From: Pseudomonadota bacterium
GTDB lineage: Bacteria; Bdellovibrionota_C; UBA2361; OMII01
DNA: 64,000 nucleotides
NCBI GenBank assembly: GCA_039799965.1
Contig: JBDLRS010000111.1
Location: forward strand, 60,394 to 124,393
Direction: 5' to 3'
Part shown: positions 30,213-39,244 of the stretch, one piece after another
Numbering within the stretch: position 1 is the stretch's first letter
Layout of the letters: each line of letters opens with the position of its first letter
Made by a program: the position numbers and the translations under genes
Notes under the pieces: generated by a model
The model's input: the letters and a program-made list of their open reading frames with translations, nothing else
Database searches by the model: none
Told to the model about the DNA's origin: nothing

Positions 30213-31338
30213 CAACAAACTTAGAGCAACAGCAACGACACAAGAACAACTTGAGGAGATGGACGCCGCTTTTCGTCAGGAAGAGAGCAGCGATTTACCT
30301 CCAGCGGTCCCTCTGTCCGAATTTCTATCAGGCCACTTCGAGCCAGATGTTCCTGCGGTGACCGGTCTCTTCGATCTCGGGCGAAAGGTAATGATCGTAG
30401 GCAAGGCAAAACTGGGTAAGACCCACTTCGCCCTATCGCTTGCGCTTCGCCTAGCCGAAGGCCGGGACCTATGTGAGCTGAAGATACCCTCTTCACTACG
30501 GGTGCTCTACATCAACTACGAGCTACACCGGAACGCCCTAAGGAAGAGGTTGGACGCCCTAATGGCGACTGAGTGGCTCGACCGTTCCGGTCCGGTAGCG
30601 AGGCAAGTAACCTTTCTCAACCTACGAGGGTATTCGTATCCGCCCGATACTATAGTCGAGCATATTATCGATCAGGCCAACCAGCATCAAAGTCAGGTCA
30701 TCATATTGGACCCGCTTTATCTGCTCGTAGACGGTAATGAAAATGATAGCGAAGCAATCCTCGCATTGGTTAAGTCTATCGACCGAATCATTCGAGATAC
30801 GCAGGCCGCGTTCATTTACGTACACCACGATATCAAAGGCACTTATCCTGGAGAACGCTTGAACGTGGACAGAGGGAGTGGCTCTGGATTGCTGGGTCGG
30901 CACTGGGATGCCCAGATAGCTTTGACAGAACATGCAGAGTCGGAACGAGCCGTGGTCTTTGAATTTGGCAGTCGGGAGTATGCCCCTCCCCCGCCGATGA
31001 CAATGGAGAGGACGAACGGCTGTCTCGTGTGCTCTTCCCTTACGCCTTTTAAGCGTACAAAAAATAGCGACCGACGAAACGAGCCAACGAGGGAGGAGAA
31101 AGCTGAGATGATTCGAGAAGCAGCCAGCTACGCCGCGGAACTCATCACCCTCATGGATAAGGCGAAAACTACGGAAGTGAAGAACTTCCTGCAAGGCCGG
31201 TATCCTGCGATCGGGGAGCGCGGAGCCCGTCGGCTGACGTATCAGCTGGACGGAGTTGAAGTGCGACCACAAACAAAACTCAGGTTAATTCGAACGAAGA
31301 ACAACCACGACCACTTTGTAACGGACTCGCCCCCTTAA
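30205..31338 (+). CDS. RecA-fold P-loop ATPase (AAA_25/RepA-helicase-like)
   Basis: ORF 30049..31338. ATG 30205 follows GGAGGC and overlaps the upstream stop by 8 nt. Walker A 'GKAKLGKT'. Walker B 'VIILDPLYLL'. Confidence 0.7.
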   Translation: MCSNKLRATATTQEQLEEMDAAFRQEESSDLPPAVPLSEFLSGHFEPDVPAVTGLFDLGRKVMIVGKAKLGKTHFALSLALRLAEGRDLCELKIPSSLRVLYINYELHRNALRKRLDALMATEWLDRSGPVARQVTFLNLRGYSYPPDTIVEHIIDQANQHQSQVIILDPLYLLVDGNENDSEAILALVKSIDRIIRDTQAAFIYVHHDIKGTYPGERLNVDRGSGSGLLGRHWDAQIALTEHAESERAVVFEFGSREYAPPPPMTMERTNGCLVCSSLTPFKRTKNSDRRNEPTREEKAEMIREAASYAAELITLMDKAKTTEVKNFLQGRYPAIGERGARRLTYQLDGVEVRPQTKLRLIRTKNNHDHFVTDSPP

Positions 31339-31750
31339 TCGCCAACCTGGTCGTGTGTCGCATGCCGCATTACAAGTGTGCCGCACGCCCAGATCCACCT
31401 CTCCTGTATGCACACTCCTCTTTAGGAGTGTGCGACAGAGAGAGCATACGCGATCCACCGGTAATAATGGCCCAAAAATGAGTCACTCGGCGGAGGGGCG
31501 GAGGAGGGCCGAAGGCTACATGTCAGACACACTAAATAGCGTGCGATGCCGGAGTTCTCTGGTGTCAAACATCGCGTAGACGGAGGGCACTCATGCCGTC
31601 TCAACACGCAGTTACGGGATATCTTGAGAAGCTAGCTAAATGCGAAGCCTAACACAGGCAACGACACCCACAGATTCAGAGGTCGAGAGGGTACCCCCTT
31701 CGCATAAACCGTCGAGAGCGCCCGGCGGCCCGACACTATTGGTAACGCGG

Positions 31751-32386
31751 TTACCTTCCGTGAGCTGTCGCAGAGCAGCGCCATCCCTTAATACGAGACG
31801 CCTTCGGAATGTAGTCCGGAGCAGTAGCGAGCACTTGAGCAACGTGCTCCCCTGCTGTAGCGTTACACTGGGCAACCGAAGAGAGCGCCTTGATAAAGAC
31901 AGAATATTCGTTTACGTCCTGGGGATTATCCAACTCTAACGTCAAGTGCACCCCCTCCACCTTGGCGTATTGCGTCCTTCCCTCCCACCACCAAAGGGCA
32001 TAGGCGGAAGTCCCCATGAGGACAAGCTCAACAAGTAGACACAGGATCACCCAAAACTTGACTATACTATCAACCTTTCCCCCTGCCTGCCGAGAAGCTT
32101 CCTTGAGCGTACTGGTAAAGAGAAGGCTCACCACCGTGATACCTAGAATCACCCACCAAAGCCCGGGAAGTGGTGTCAGCCAGAGCGAATAAAGAGCGCT
32201 CAACGAAAGAACAGATGCCAACAGCCCCGAGCCAGGAAACATAGCCCCTCCCAAATAACTCCAATTCGTTAGGGCACCCGCGAATGTCGTTTTACGGGGT
32301 CCCTGCCAATTGTTTGCTAACCGTATCCGAATATAGCAAACTATCCGGAAAAGGATAGCTGGTTTAACTACCTTCTTCCTCCTCAT
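31751..32386 (-). CDS. hypothetical 3-TM membrane protein
   Basis: ORF 31751..32425. Three hydrophobic segments ('GLLASVLSLSALYSLWL', 'LWWVILGITVVSLLF', 'FWVILCLLVELVLMGTSAYALWWW') precede a soluble C-terminus. Start ambiguous (32386 or 32242). Confidence 0.5.
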   Translation of the reverse strand: MRRKKVVKPAILFRIVCYIRIRLANNWQGPRKTTFAGALTNWSYLGGAMFPGSGLLASVLSLSALYSLWLTPLPGLWWVILGITVVSLLFTSTLKEASRQAGGKVDSIVKFWVILCLLVELVLMGTSAYALWWWEGRTQYAKVEGVHLTLELDNPQDVNEYSVFIKALSSVAQCNATAGEHVAQVLATAPDYIPKASRIKGWRCSATAHGR

Positions 32387-32597
32387 GAGGAAGTTGCCGG
32401 GTAAATTGGAGCGCACGTTTGCCAAGAGGCTGAAAGAGCTTCGGGGGGAAACGTCTCAGCTTCAGTTTTCAAAGCGACTCCAGATTGCTCAATCGACGCT
32501 TAATCGCCTTGAGAATCTTGAGCAGAGCGCCAGCTTGCATATCGTGGAACGTATCGCCGAACGATTAAAGGTTCCGGTCGAGAAGTTGTTGTTTTAG
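32385..32597 (+). CDS. XRE-family HTH transcriptional regulator
   Basis: 70-aa ORF. 'FAKRLKELRGETSQLQFSKRLQIAQSTLNRLENLEQS' is a classic Cro/C1-type HTH. Confidence 0.75.
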   Translation: MRKLPGKLERTFAKRLKELRGETSQLQFSKRLQIAQSTLNRLENLEQSASLHIVERIAERLKVPVEKLLF

Positions 32598-32614
32598 CGC
32601 GCTTGGAGGACTCC

Positions 32615-33262
32615 ATGAGATTCGCAATAGCTTTGTCGCTATTAGCCACCATTACTTTGTTTGCTCGCCCTGCCCATGCAGCTCCGGCCCGCGTACCTAC
32701 GCTCAAGCTTTGTTTAGGTCCGGGCGGCACCATCAATATCCGGCAGAGATGCACCAAGACAGAGACCACGGCCAATTTGGCCGGACTTCGTCCGGTATCG
32801 GTGAAGGGTGACCAAGGAGCACAAGGGCCACAGGGCCCCCAAGGTGCACCTGGCCTAATGGGTCCGATCGGACCGCAGGGTCCCGAAGGCGCACCCGGAG
32901 CACCGGGCCTGATGGGGCCGCAAGGGCTTCAAGGAGCAACTGGCGTTCAGGGGGCAAAGGGTGATTCCGGCCTGAATGGGGCGGACGGATTGAACGGCGT
33001 TTTTGACACCTCTCTGTGTTACTCTCGAACCACATCGTCTAGTAGCTCCTTCAGCGCCACCGCTAGTTGTTTGAATCCCTCGGGGGAGTTCATGCTGAAT
33101 TGGGGCATCGAGCCAAGTTTTACATTCAGCTCCGAGCTCGTTCTGAACCGAGCAGAGATTCAGCGGACCGGAAACACGCCCACTGGAATCAATGTTCGGA
33201 TGATGACTCTCGACGGGTCGGTGGAGTATTTCACAGTCAGAATTATCTGCTGCCCCGGCTAA
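32615..33262 (+). CDS. secreted collagen-like triple-helix-repeat protein
   Basis: ORF 32603..33262. ATG 32615 follows GGAGGA. Signal peptide 'MRFAIALSLLATITLFARPAHA'. 21 uninterrupted G-X-Y triplets (32807-32995). About 90-aa Cys-containing C-terminal domain. Confidence 0.8.
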   Translation: MRFAIALSLLATITLFARPAHAAPARVPTLKLCLGPGGTINIRQRCTKTETTANLAGLRPVSVKGDQGAQGPQGPQGAPGLMGPIGPQGPEGAPGAPGLMGPQGLQGATGVQGAKGDSGLNGADGLNGVFDTSLCYSRTTSSSSSFSATASCLNPSGEFMLNWGIEPSFTFSSELVLNRAEIQRTGNTPTGINVRMMTLDGSVEYFTVRIICCPG

Positions 33263-33380
33263 ACCTCAGAGGGTCTGGCACTACCGGGCGCTCCCTCACA
33301 ACCGTCCTGTCACCCCGGGCAGGGCTAATGGGAAACAGATTGAGGGAATAGGCTATACCCTGGCCGAAACGGAACAAGAC

Positions 33381-33426
33381 AAAAAAAATCCTGCCTATCT
33401 CAGAGGTCAACCTAGCCTTCGGCAGG
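33381..33426 (-). terminator. possible intrinsic terminator for the minus-strand island transcript
   Basis: On the minus strand: CCTGCC (rc 33421-33426), a 25-nt loop, GGCAGG (rc 33390-33395), then A + T8 (rc 33381-33389). It lies just downstream of the 109-aa ORF. The long loop weakens the call. Confidence 0.35.
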
Positions 33427-33433
33427 CCTTATC

Positions 33434-33763
33434 TTACTTCTTTCGTCCGATGACATTTCCCATCACATCGAACTCCAGTGAAGAAATGTCAATGTCCTCC
33501 GTAACCGGCGCTTGCATCTTCTCCACGGCATTCAAGGCCGTCGTCAAGGCCAGTAAACCACCTCCCAGCCGTTGCAAAGAAACTGCGTCATCCGGCGATG
33601 CAGTGCGAATGGCCCGATTCAGCAATCGTTGAAAACTCGCTGCCGATGAGGCCAACTTCTCGGCGCTTCCCTTCAGATCCTTTGCTGCCATGACAAGCTC
33701 CTTTGCTCTCCGCCGAAATAGAAAGCGCATCCCTTTATTCAGTGATCCTTTTGGACGTGCCAT
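33434..33763 (-). CDS. hypothetical small helical protein (109 aa)
   Basis: ATG-initiated ORF downstream of the giant gene on the same strand. Basic N-terminus 'ARPKGSLNKG'. No SD. Followed by the candidate terminator. Confidence 0.4.
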   Translation of the reverse strand: MARPKGSLNKGMRFLFRRRAKELVMAAKDLKGSAEKLASSAASFQRLLNRAIRTASPDDAVSLQRLGGGLLALTTALNAVEKMQAPVTEDIDISSLEFDVMGNVIGRKK

Positions 33764-34368
33764 TGAGCTGCATAATATCGCAATTTAACACTACTAGAGA
33801 ACAACCTTTCTTACCGGTTTTCATGCCTAGTATCGTCATCTGGACAAAAGATAGCGTTCCCAAGCTGTATCAAATCGTCACCACAGGTGCGGGCGATTGC
33901 AACAAATCCCATCAGTGCGGAAATCGGGGGACATTTCATCTCGATAAAGAGGAACTGAAGGCCACCTTAAAGTCTTGCGTTGACGTCCGATAATTCCTCC
34001 CGCTACATCGCAGTCGAGGCTTTCAATATCGGGAGCATCATTATCGTCGGGCTGCGAAGGCTTTCCGTTGATACGGCGAGCCCAGCTCATAACCGGTGCG
34101 GGCTCACCGTCTCGTCCGCAGGCGCAGAACGAATAGCCTTTTCCAATCACTTTCGATAATTTTTCGCTGCACTATTAAGCTATACCACTCCAGTGGTCGT
34201 TATTGTCCATGTCATAAGTTTGTCTCGCGCTCTCCTCGTTATCAAAAAGCGGTGGTCCTTATTGACGGATCCGATCGGTCGCCCCATACTCGTCGCACTG
34301 CGCCATAGTCCCCACCTAAGGTGCTCTACATTATCCGCCTGCCAAGGCAGAGACGGCGTGACGTCAAC

Positions 34369-37300
34369 CTACCGCAAGCCTTCTCGAAAGCCCGTCATTG
34401 TCGCCCACCGTTCAATCGCCCGCCGCATAGAGTTCTGTCGACCGAAATTCGCCAAAGGTAGGGCATCACAGGCCTTCGACAGTGTGCCATATACCCACGC
34501 CTTATTCCTACTTCGAGTTGCCGCCTCCAACGCGTCGTCTGCCAGCTTCATGCGCTGATTGAAATCTATGAATCTGCCAAATAAGTCAAAAAGGAAGCCC
34601 GCAATGACAGGTATGCCGGAATCGTAAGTAGTAGGCTCATCAAGCATCGAACACGTTTGACGAAACGCAAAGGAAGATGTCCAGCCCGACCTCTCGGCTA
34701 GTTCGAGAAGGACATTTTTATCAACACGAACGTAGAAATAGTTGAGCGAGCAAAGCGTTGCGCGACCAGAAACTAACTCTTCATCTGACAGCACGCCCTT
34801 GTCGCGACCGTAAAGCATCAGAGCCTCTGACCATACCGTCTTAACGCCGAGCGCGTTTGCCCCCTGGGCTCGCGTGCACAGGTCATCCGTGTACAGAACG
34901 GCTTTATGTCTCTTACTGATTAAAATAGCTTCGGCTGCACATCGTCCGAGTCGCTGCTCCAGTTGCTGTCGAAAATTTCTGTCCATCTCAAGATATTCGT
35001 CACAAGGCACGACAGAACAGTGCTCCCGCAACCAGCTTAGCCCCTCCACCAGGAATTCAGCATCGAAGGCAATTGATTCTTTTGTCACCTGATGCCAGAC
35101 CGTTTCCTCGCCGACCTTACTCATGATCGCGTATCCGGCCGCCTTGGGGCCCCGCCTTACAAAAATCATGCTCTCTATCTCATCAATGACCGACTGCGGC
35201 ACTATTGGCTGAGAGCACAGGGACATTAGTGAACGGCGTGCCTCTGGAACTGCCTGCAACGCCATCGCGGATGAAAGATCGAGGACAACCTTCCCGCTAA
35301 TGCGAATGTTTTCACGCCCTGAACTTATCTCTTCGTCCGTTCCATCGGAGCAAAGAATCCGTCTATCCGCAGCTGTACCGAAGCATCGCCACACGTCGTA
35401 GTAGTCCGCCGTCGAAGCTTCGGAAAGCTGCTCCAAAGTGATTTGAACGGCTGCATACGCCACTTCAAGTTTAATTCCCACATTCCTCCTTTCTAGGAGG
35501 TCTGCTTCGATTTCTTTACGAACTTCCTCGGGGTCCGAAGACTTAATAGCCTCTACTGCGATTGTCGGGAGGCATTCTCGGTAGCAGAGTACATACTTCG
35601 ATATGACCTCTCGCACTGTGAACCTTTCGGTAACGAACCGATTAGGCGCCTCAACCACATCCTCCTTCTTGCAGCCAATTACGCGGTGGAAGAACGGATC
35701 GTCCAGCGAGATTTCATTCTTCTCCTCCGCTGGATGAGGCCCTGATTCGACGATTAGCCACCGACGACCTCCGTCCGTCCCTTCAATCAAGAATGCAGAG
35801 TCGGCACCAATTCTGTCGACGTCTAGCCAAGGAATACTTCCATCCTTTGGGATATTGAAAAATGTAGCGGCGTAGAGTCTATCGAGCTCGACTGCACTCC
35901 GATATCGCCGCGCATTATAGACAACGATTAGGGCACCTATCGGTCTACGCCTTGCGAGATACAGTCGTGACGTCAAGGCAACATCTGATGAATCCAAAGT
36001 TTGAGCATCGATCTTCGAGTCTAAGAAACTATCCACAGCATCAACTCGACCTTGGCGAAGATGTGTGAATGCCAATCGAATCTCCAACGATTGCCTGTGC
36101 TCGGTTTGCTCTAAACACTCCTCGTAGCAATTAGCAGCCGCGAGCAGATCATGTACCTCGGTAAAAATTGATGCGAGCAGCGAATTATAAAAGACAGGGT
36201 TTTTAGAATTCTTCAATACAGATTCACATAGCGTCCGGGCACGACCGAGATTTCCTGCTTGATACAATAGGCAGGCTGCTCGACGCGTGAGGACTCCGTC
36301 TTCGGACAAATTGCTAACCTGTTCTAGCAGTCGCACTCCTTCCATGGGTAAGTCCAGATTTGCATACTCCTCCGTCATCTGCAGGATTCTCTTTACGGAC
36401 GGGGCCTTGGTTTCAAGGGTCTGTAGTACGGACTGAGCCTTCTTCCTATCTCCTTTTAAACGTGACAATTGGGCCGAAAGAAGTAAATTGTCGACATCAT
36501 CTCCAGCAACTTGCATGAGGCGCTTCATGATTCTCTCGGCGGATCGAAGTCGCCCGTGCTCAGCTTGGTGCGAAAACACCATGCGAAGAGCCGCTACCCG
36601 AACAGAATCTTCTGCGTGGCGAAGTAGTTGCTTAACGGCGTCTCGATAAACCTTCTTGTTGGAGAGGTGGTGCGCAACGTCCCCTAACAAGATCAACAGT
36701 TCAAAGTCGCTTGGCGCAGAGATTGTAGAGAAATGCTCAAGAGCTTTTTTTAGATTGCCCCTCTCAATTTCGAGCAGGCCTGCCGCCTTGCGTATCTGCT
36801 CACCACCCGTTTTCTGTTCAAGGTATGCATCGGTTTTGTCATAGGCGTACTGCCGTCGGTCCCTAGCGAGTGAAAGCCTGGACGCAAAGATAATGTTTAC
36901 CAGAACAGGCTCAAATTGGTCGGCGTAGGGAGTGTCCCCCACAATGTTCCAAGCAGTAGTAAGCAGCTCCCAAGATTCATCTATCAAACGTTTCGTCTTT
37001 TCAGCGGCGATACCGAAAATAATTTGCTCATGCTCACGCGCTGCGAGGCGCAACAGAACTTCACCAAGTTGCACACCCAACTTAATTCCGACGGAGGATG
37101 AGTGAGTTCTCGATTCCTCGAAACATTTGCGTGCTAATTCAAGCTCACCGGACTCTTTAGCTCTACAACCGAGCGCATAGCATACCTCTTCTGACTGTCG
37201 AAGCCGAGTTGGGATCTGAGCAAGAACCTCGTCCATCGGTACGTTCGGACCGGTAGCCGCAATTAGGCACGCGTATGCGGCGGCACTATCAGGCTCCTTG

Positions 37301-38670
37301 GCAATGGCCGCCCTCGCGTACGTTTCAGCCTGTGCGAGGTCCTCTCTAAGTATGTATGCGTAAGAGGCATTGCAGAGGGCCTTGACATTATCGGGTTGAA
37401 ATCGGAGAGCCTCCAGCAAATGAGTAGTAGCGTGTGGGAAATTCCCTTCAAGTTCAAACGCTGCTCCGTAATTCGTGTGCCATCGAAAGCGCAGAGTCGA
37501 GTTGTTCGTAGTAGCGACTAACTCTCTAATCTCATCCAGCAAACCCTTTGCCTCCTTCGGGTTCAAGGCTTCAAGTCGTTCCTTTGCTTTGCTGATAATC
37601 GCGCTCAGTTGTTGGGTCGCTTCGTCGAGAAACGTCCAACTTACCGTTTCCACCTGCAAAACCATTCCGGTTTGTAAGGTTGGGGTCGTTAGGACCCCGG
37701 GCTGCGATTTTAGGAAATAGCTGGAGACCTGATATCGGCTATCGGATATTGGCTTAAGCCCAACAAATTCTTCCCTGGACGGATCAGCCTGTTCGACAGT
37801 CTTTAAAGGCTCAAAGGTTCGGCGTGCTAGGACGGAATGAATCCCCTCTTGTAGTAGATCCTCCATTCTTGCGCGATCAAAGCGTTTGATTTCGTATAGC
37901 CAATGCGTTGTGCGATTTTTTGCGTCAGGAACGAAGATAGAGAACTCCTGTCGACCGTGACGAATGGTAGCATCAATCGCTTCTCGAAATGGAATCAGCA
38001 GGTGCTCGGCTAGGAGCTCGATTTCATCTATGCTAAGTCGCCGCTCTTTAACCTTAGGCAGCACCTTGAGTTGGTTGACCGTTTCGTACTTCTCATAGTC
38101 GAGCGCCGGCCCTTGATGTAGATGAAACTTGCTAAGCAGAAGAATTAAGTTGGCACTCGTATATGAGGAGAATTGGGGATCCTCTCTGAATTCTTTAACT
38201 GTTTCATCTACCCAGAGGGATACTGAGTCAGGTAACGCTGCTCCGATCTTAAGATGCTCATGGCAGCTGGTCAGAATATAGGAGAGGTTCGTTGCGGTTT
38301 TACTCTCTTCGTAAAACCCAAGGCTTGATAAAAGCCCGAAACGCTGAAATTGCCCTGGCAATTGCAAGTCAGAAAGAGCCGAATTTTTGATGGTCTTTTT
38401 GACCTTCGGAGAATTGGCCTTGAGTGGAGGTTTGCCGGGCTTGCCAGACGCCACCTGGATCAGTCCTATCCAGTCCTCTTTGTAGCTTTGTACCAAAATG
38501 TCATCGTGTAGTTCACAGTAAACCTGAGCATATTCGGGCGCATCACCGAGCGTCCGAAGAGCGTACTGTAAGGCGATATGAGCCTGATAAGTGTACCTGC
38601 TTGACGTGTCCGAGCCCGCTTCACAACGGGGCGCATGCTTCTGATGTGTAATTCCGGTCTTGTCACCCAC
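34369..38670 (-). CDS. 1433-aa multidomain protein: Cap4/DUF4297-like nuclease N-terminus + TPR array + GreA/B-C-like domain + PIN-like C-terminus
   Basis: Domain motifs read from the translation. N-terminus aa ~20-80: 'RYTYQAHIALQYAL..YCELHDDILV..LIQVASGK'. TPR-like helices aa ~395-900. aa ~950-1026: 'EISLDDPFFHRVIGCKKEDVVEAP..FTVREV' (GreA C-domain-like). aa ~1126-1285: 'VVLDLSS', 'VIDEIE', 'VLYTDDLCTRA' (PIN-like). Confidence 0.75.
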   Translation of the reverse strand: MGDKTGITHQKHAPRCEAGSDTSSRYTYQAHIALQYALRTLGDAPEYAQVYCELHDDILVQSYKEDWIGLIQVASGKPGKPPLKANSPKVKKTIKNSALSDLQLPGQFQRFGLLSSLGFYEESKTATNLSYILTSCHEHLKIGAALPDSVSLWVDETVKEFREDPQFSSYTSANLILLLSKFHLHQGPALDYEKYETVNQLKVLPKVKERRLSIDEIELLAEHLLIPFREAIDATIRHGRQEFSIFVPDAKNRTTHWLYEIKRFDRARMEDLLQEGIHSVLARRTFEPLKTVEQADPSREEFVGLKPISDSRYQVSSYFLKSQPGVLTTPTLQTGMVLQVETVSWTFLDEATQQLSAIISKAKERLEALNPKEAKGLLDEIRELVATTNNSTLRFRWHTNYGAAFELEGNFPHATTHLLEALRFQPDNVKALCNASYAYILREDLAQAETYARAAIAKEPDSAAAYACLIAATGPNVPMDEVLAQIPTRLRQSEEVCYALGCRAKESGELELARKCFEESRTHSSSVGIKLGVQLGEVLLRLAAREHEQIIFGIAAEKTKRLIDESWELLTTAWNIVGDTPYADQFEPVLVNIIFASRLSLARDRRQYAYDKTDAYLEQKTGGEQIRKAAGLLEIERGNLKKALEHFSTISAPSDFELLILLGDVAHHLSNKKVYRDAVKQLLRHAEDSVRVAALRMVFSHQAEHGRLRSAERIMKRLMQVAGDDVDNLLLSAQLSRLKGDRKKAQSVLQTLETKAPSVKRILQMTEEYANLDLPMEGVRLLEQVSNLSEDGVLTRRAACLLYQAGNLGRARTLCESVLKNSKNPVFYNSLLASIFTEVHDLLAAANCYEECLEQTEHRQSLEIRLAFTHLRQGRVDAVDSFLDSKIDAQTLDSSDVALTSRLYLARRRPIGALIVVYNARRYRSAVELDRLYAATFFNIPKDGSIPWLDVDRIGADSAFLIEGTDGGRRWLIVESGPHPAEEKNEISLDDPFFHRVIGCKKEDVVEAPNRFVTERFTVREVISKYVLCYRECLPTIAVEAIKSSDPEEVRKEIEADLLERRNVGIKLEVAYAAVQITLEQLSEASTADYYDVWRCFGTAADRRILCSDGTDEEISSGRENIRISGKVVLDLSSAMALQAVPEARRSLMSLCSQPIVPQSVIDEIESMIFVRRGPKAAGYAIMSKVGEETVWHQVTKESIAFDAEFLVEGLSWLREHCSVVPCDEYLEMDRNFRQQLEQRLGRCAAEAILISKRHKAVLYTDDLCTRAQGANALGVKTVWSEALMLYGRDKGVLSDEELVSGRATLCSLNYFYVRVDKNVLLELAERSGWTSSFAFRQTCSMLDEPTTYDSGIPVIAGFLFDLFGRFIDFNQRMKLADDALEAATRSRNKAWVYGTLSKACDALPLANFGRQNSMRRAIERWATMTGFREGLR

Positions 38671-39108
38671 CCTAAAACCTTCTCCAATCCCTAATCTTCT
38701 GATCGCCCTGTTGGCGATCCGTGGTAATACTCTAGCTCAACTGTGGTTGGCCTAGAACTACAAAGGCACTTGTACAACAGTACCTGTATAACGAAAGGGA
38801 ATCCGCGCGTTTAGTGTACCCGGGAGATCGGGGGGGGAGGGCATTTGGAGCGGGGCAGAATCCCGCCTGCGACAAGGGATTCCTTTTTATGCCCAATAAT
38901 GCCGTCGTCGTTGAAATCTTGTTGACCTCTGGCCGGTACGATGATCATCCGAACTCTCTACGAATCTAAGCTTTAGCTGCAGTTCGTGTCCCACTTTGTT
39001 CCAATCTTGATGAACATTCGTGGTTAACACTGAGCACTCCCGAGCAACTAAATCATTGAATGTTCTGCTCAGTAATGCTACCAACAGCTCAGGAGCGAGC
39101 ACTTTCAG

Positions 39109-39153
39109 CGGCTCATAACCGGTAGGTCCCTGGTTCAAGTCCAGGTGGGGCCA
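39109..39153 (+). repeat. attR core (copy of the tRNA 3' 45 nt)
   Basis: Identical to 26481-26525. Identity stops on both sides (39108 g vs c; 39154 t vs c). Confidence 0.85.
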
Positions 39154-39199
39154 TTCCCTTTTCTCCGAGTAATACAAGAAACCCACCTGGACTTGAACC
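39132..39199. repeat. 18-bp perfect inverted repeat built from the tRNA T-arm sequence
   Basis: 39132-39149 'GGTTCAAGTCCAGGTGGG' and 39182-39199 'CCCACCTGGACTTGAACC' are exact reverse complements, separated by a 32-nt spacer. Confidence 0.8.
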
Positions 39200-39244
39200 A
39201 AAAAGACACAGCAAGTCCATAAGGACTCCATCGCGAAGCGAGGG

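Noticed and set aside
30622-31272. 216-aa minus-strand ORF inside the island
   Set aside because: It is antisense to the P-loop ATPase gene (Walker A/B present on the plus strand). It is most likely a shadow ORF.
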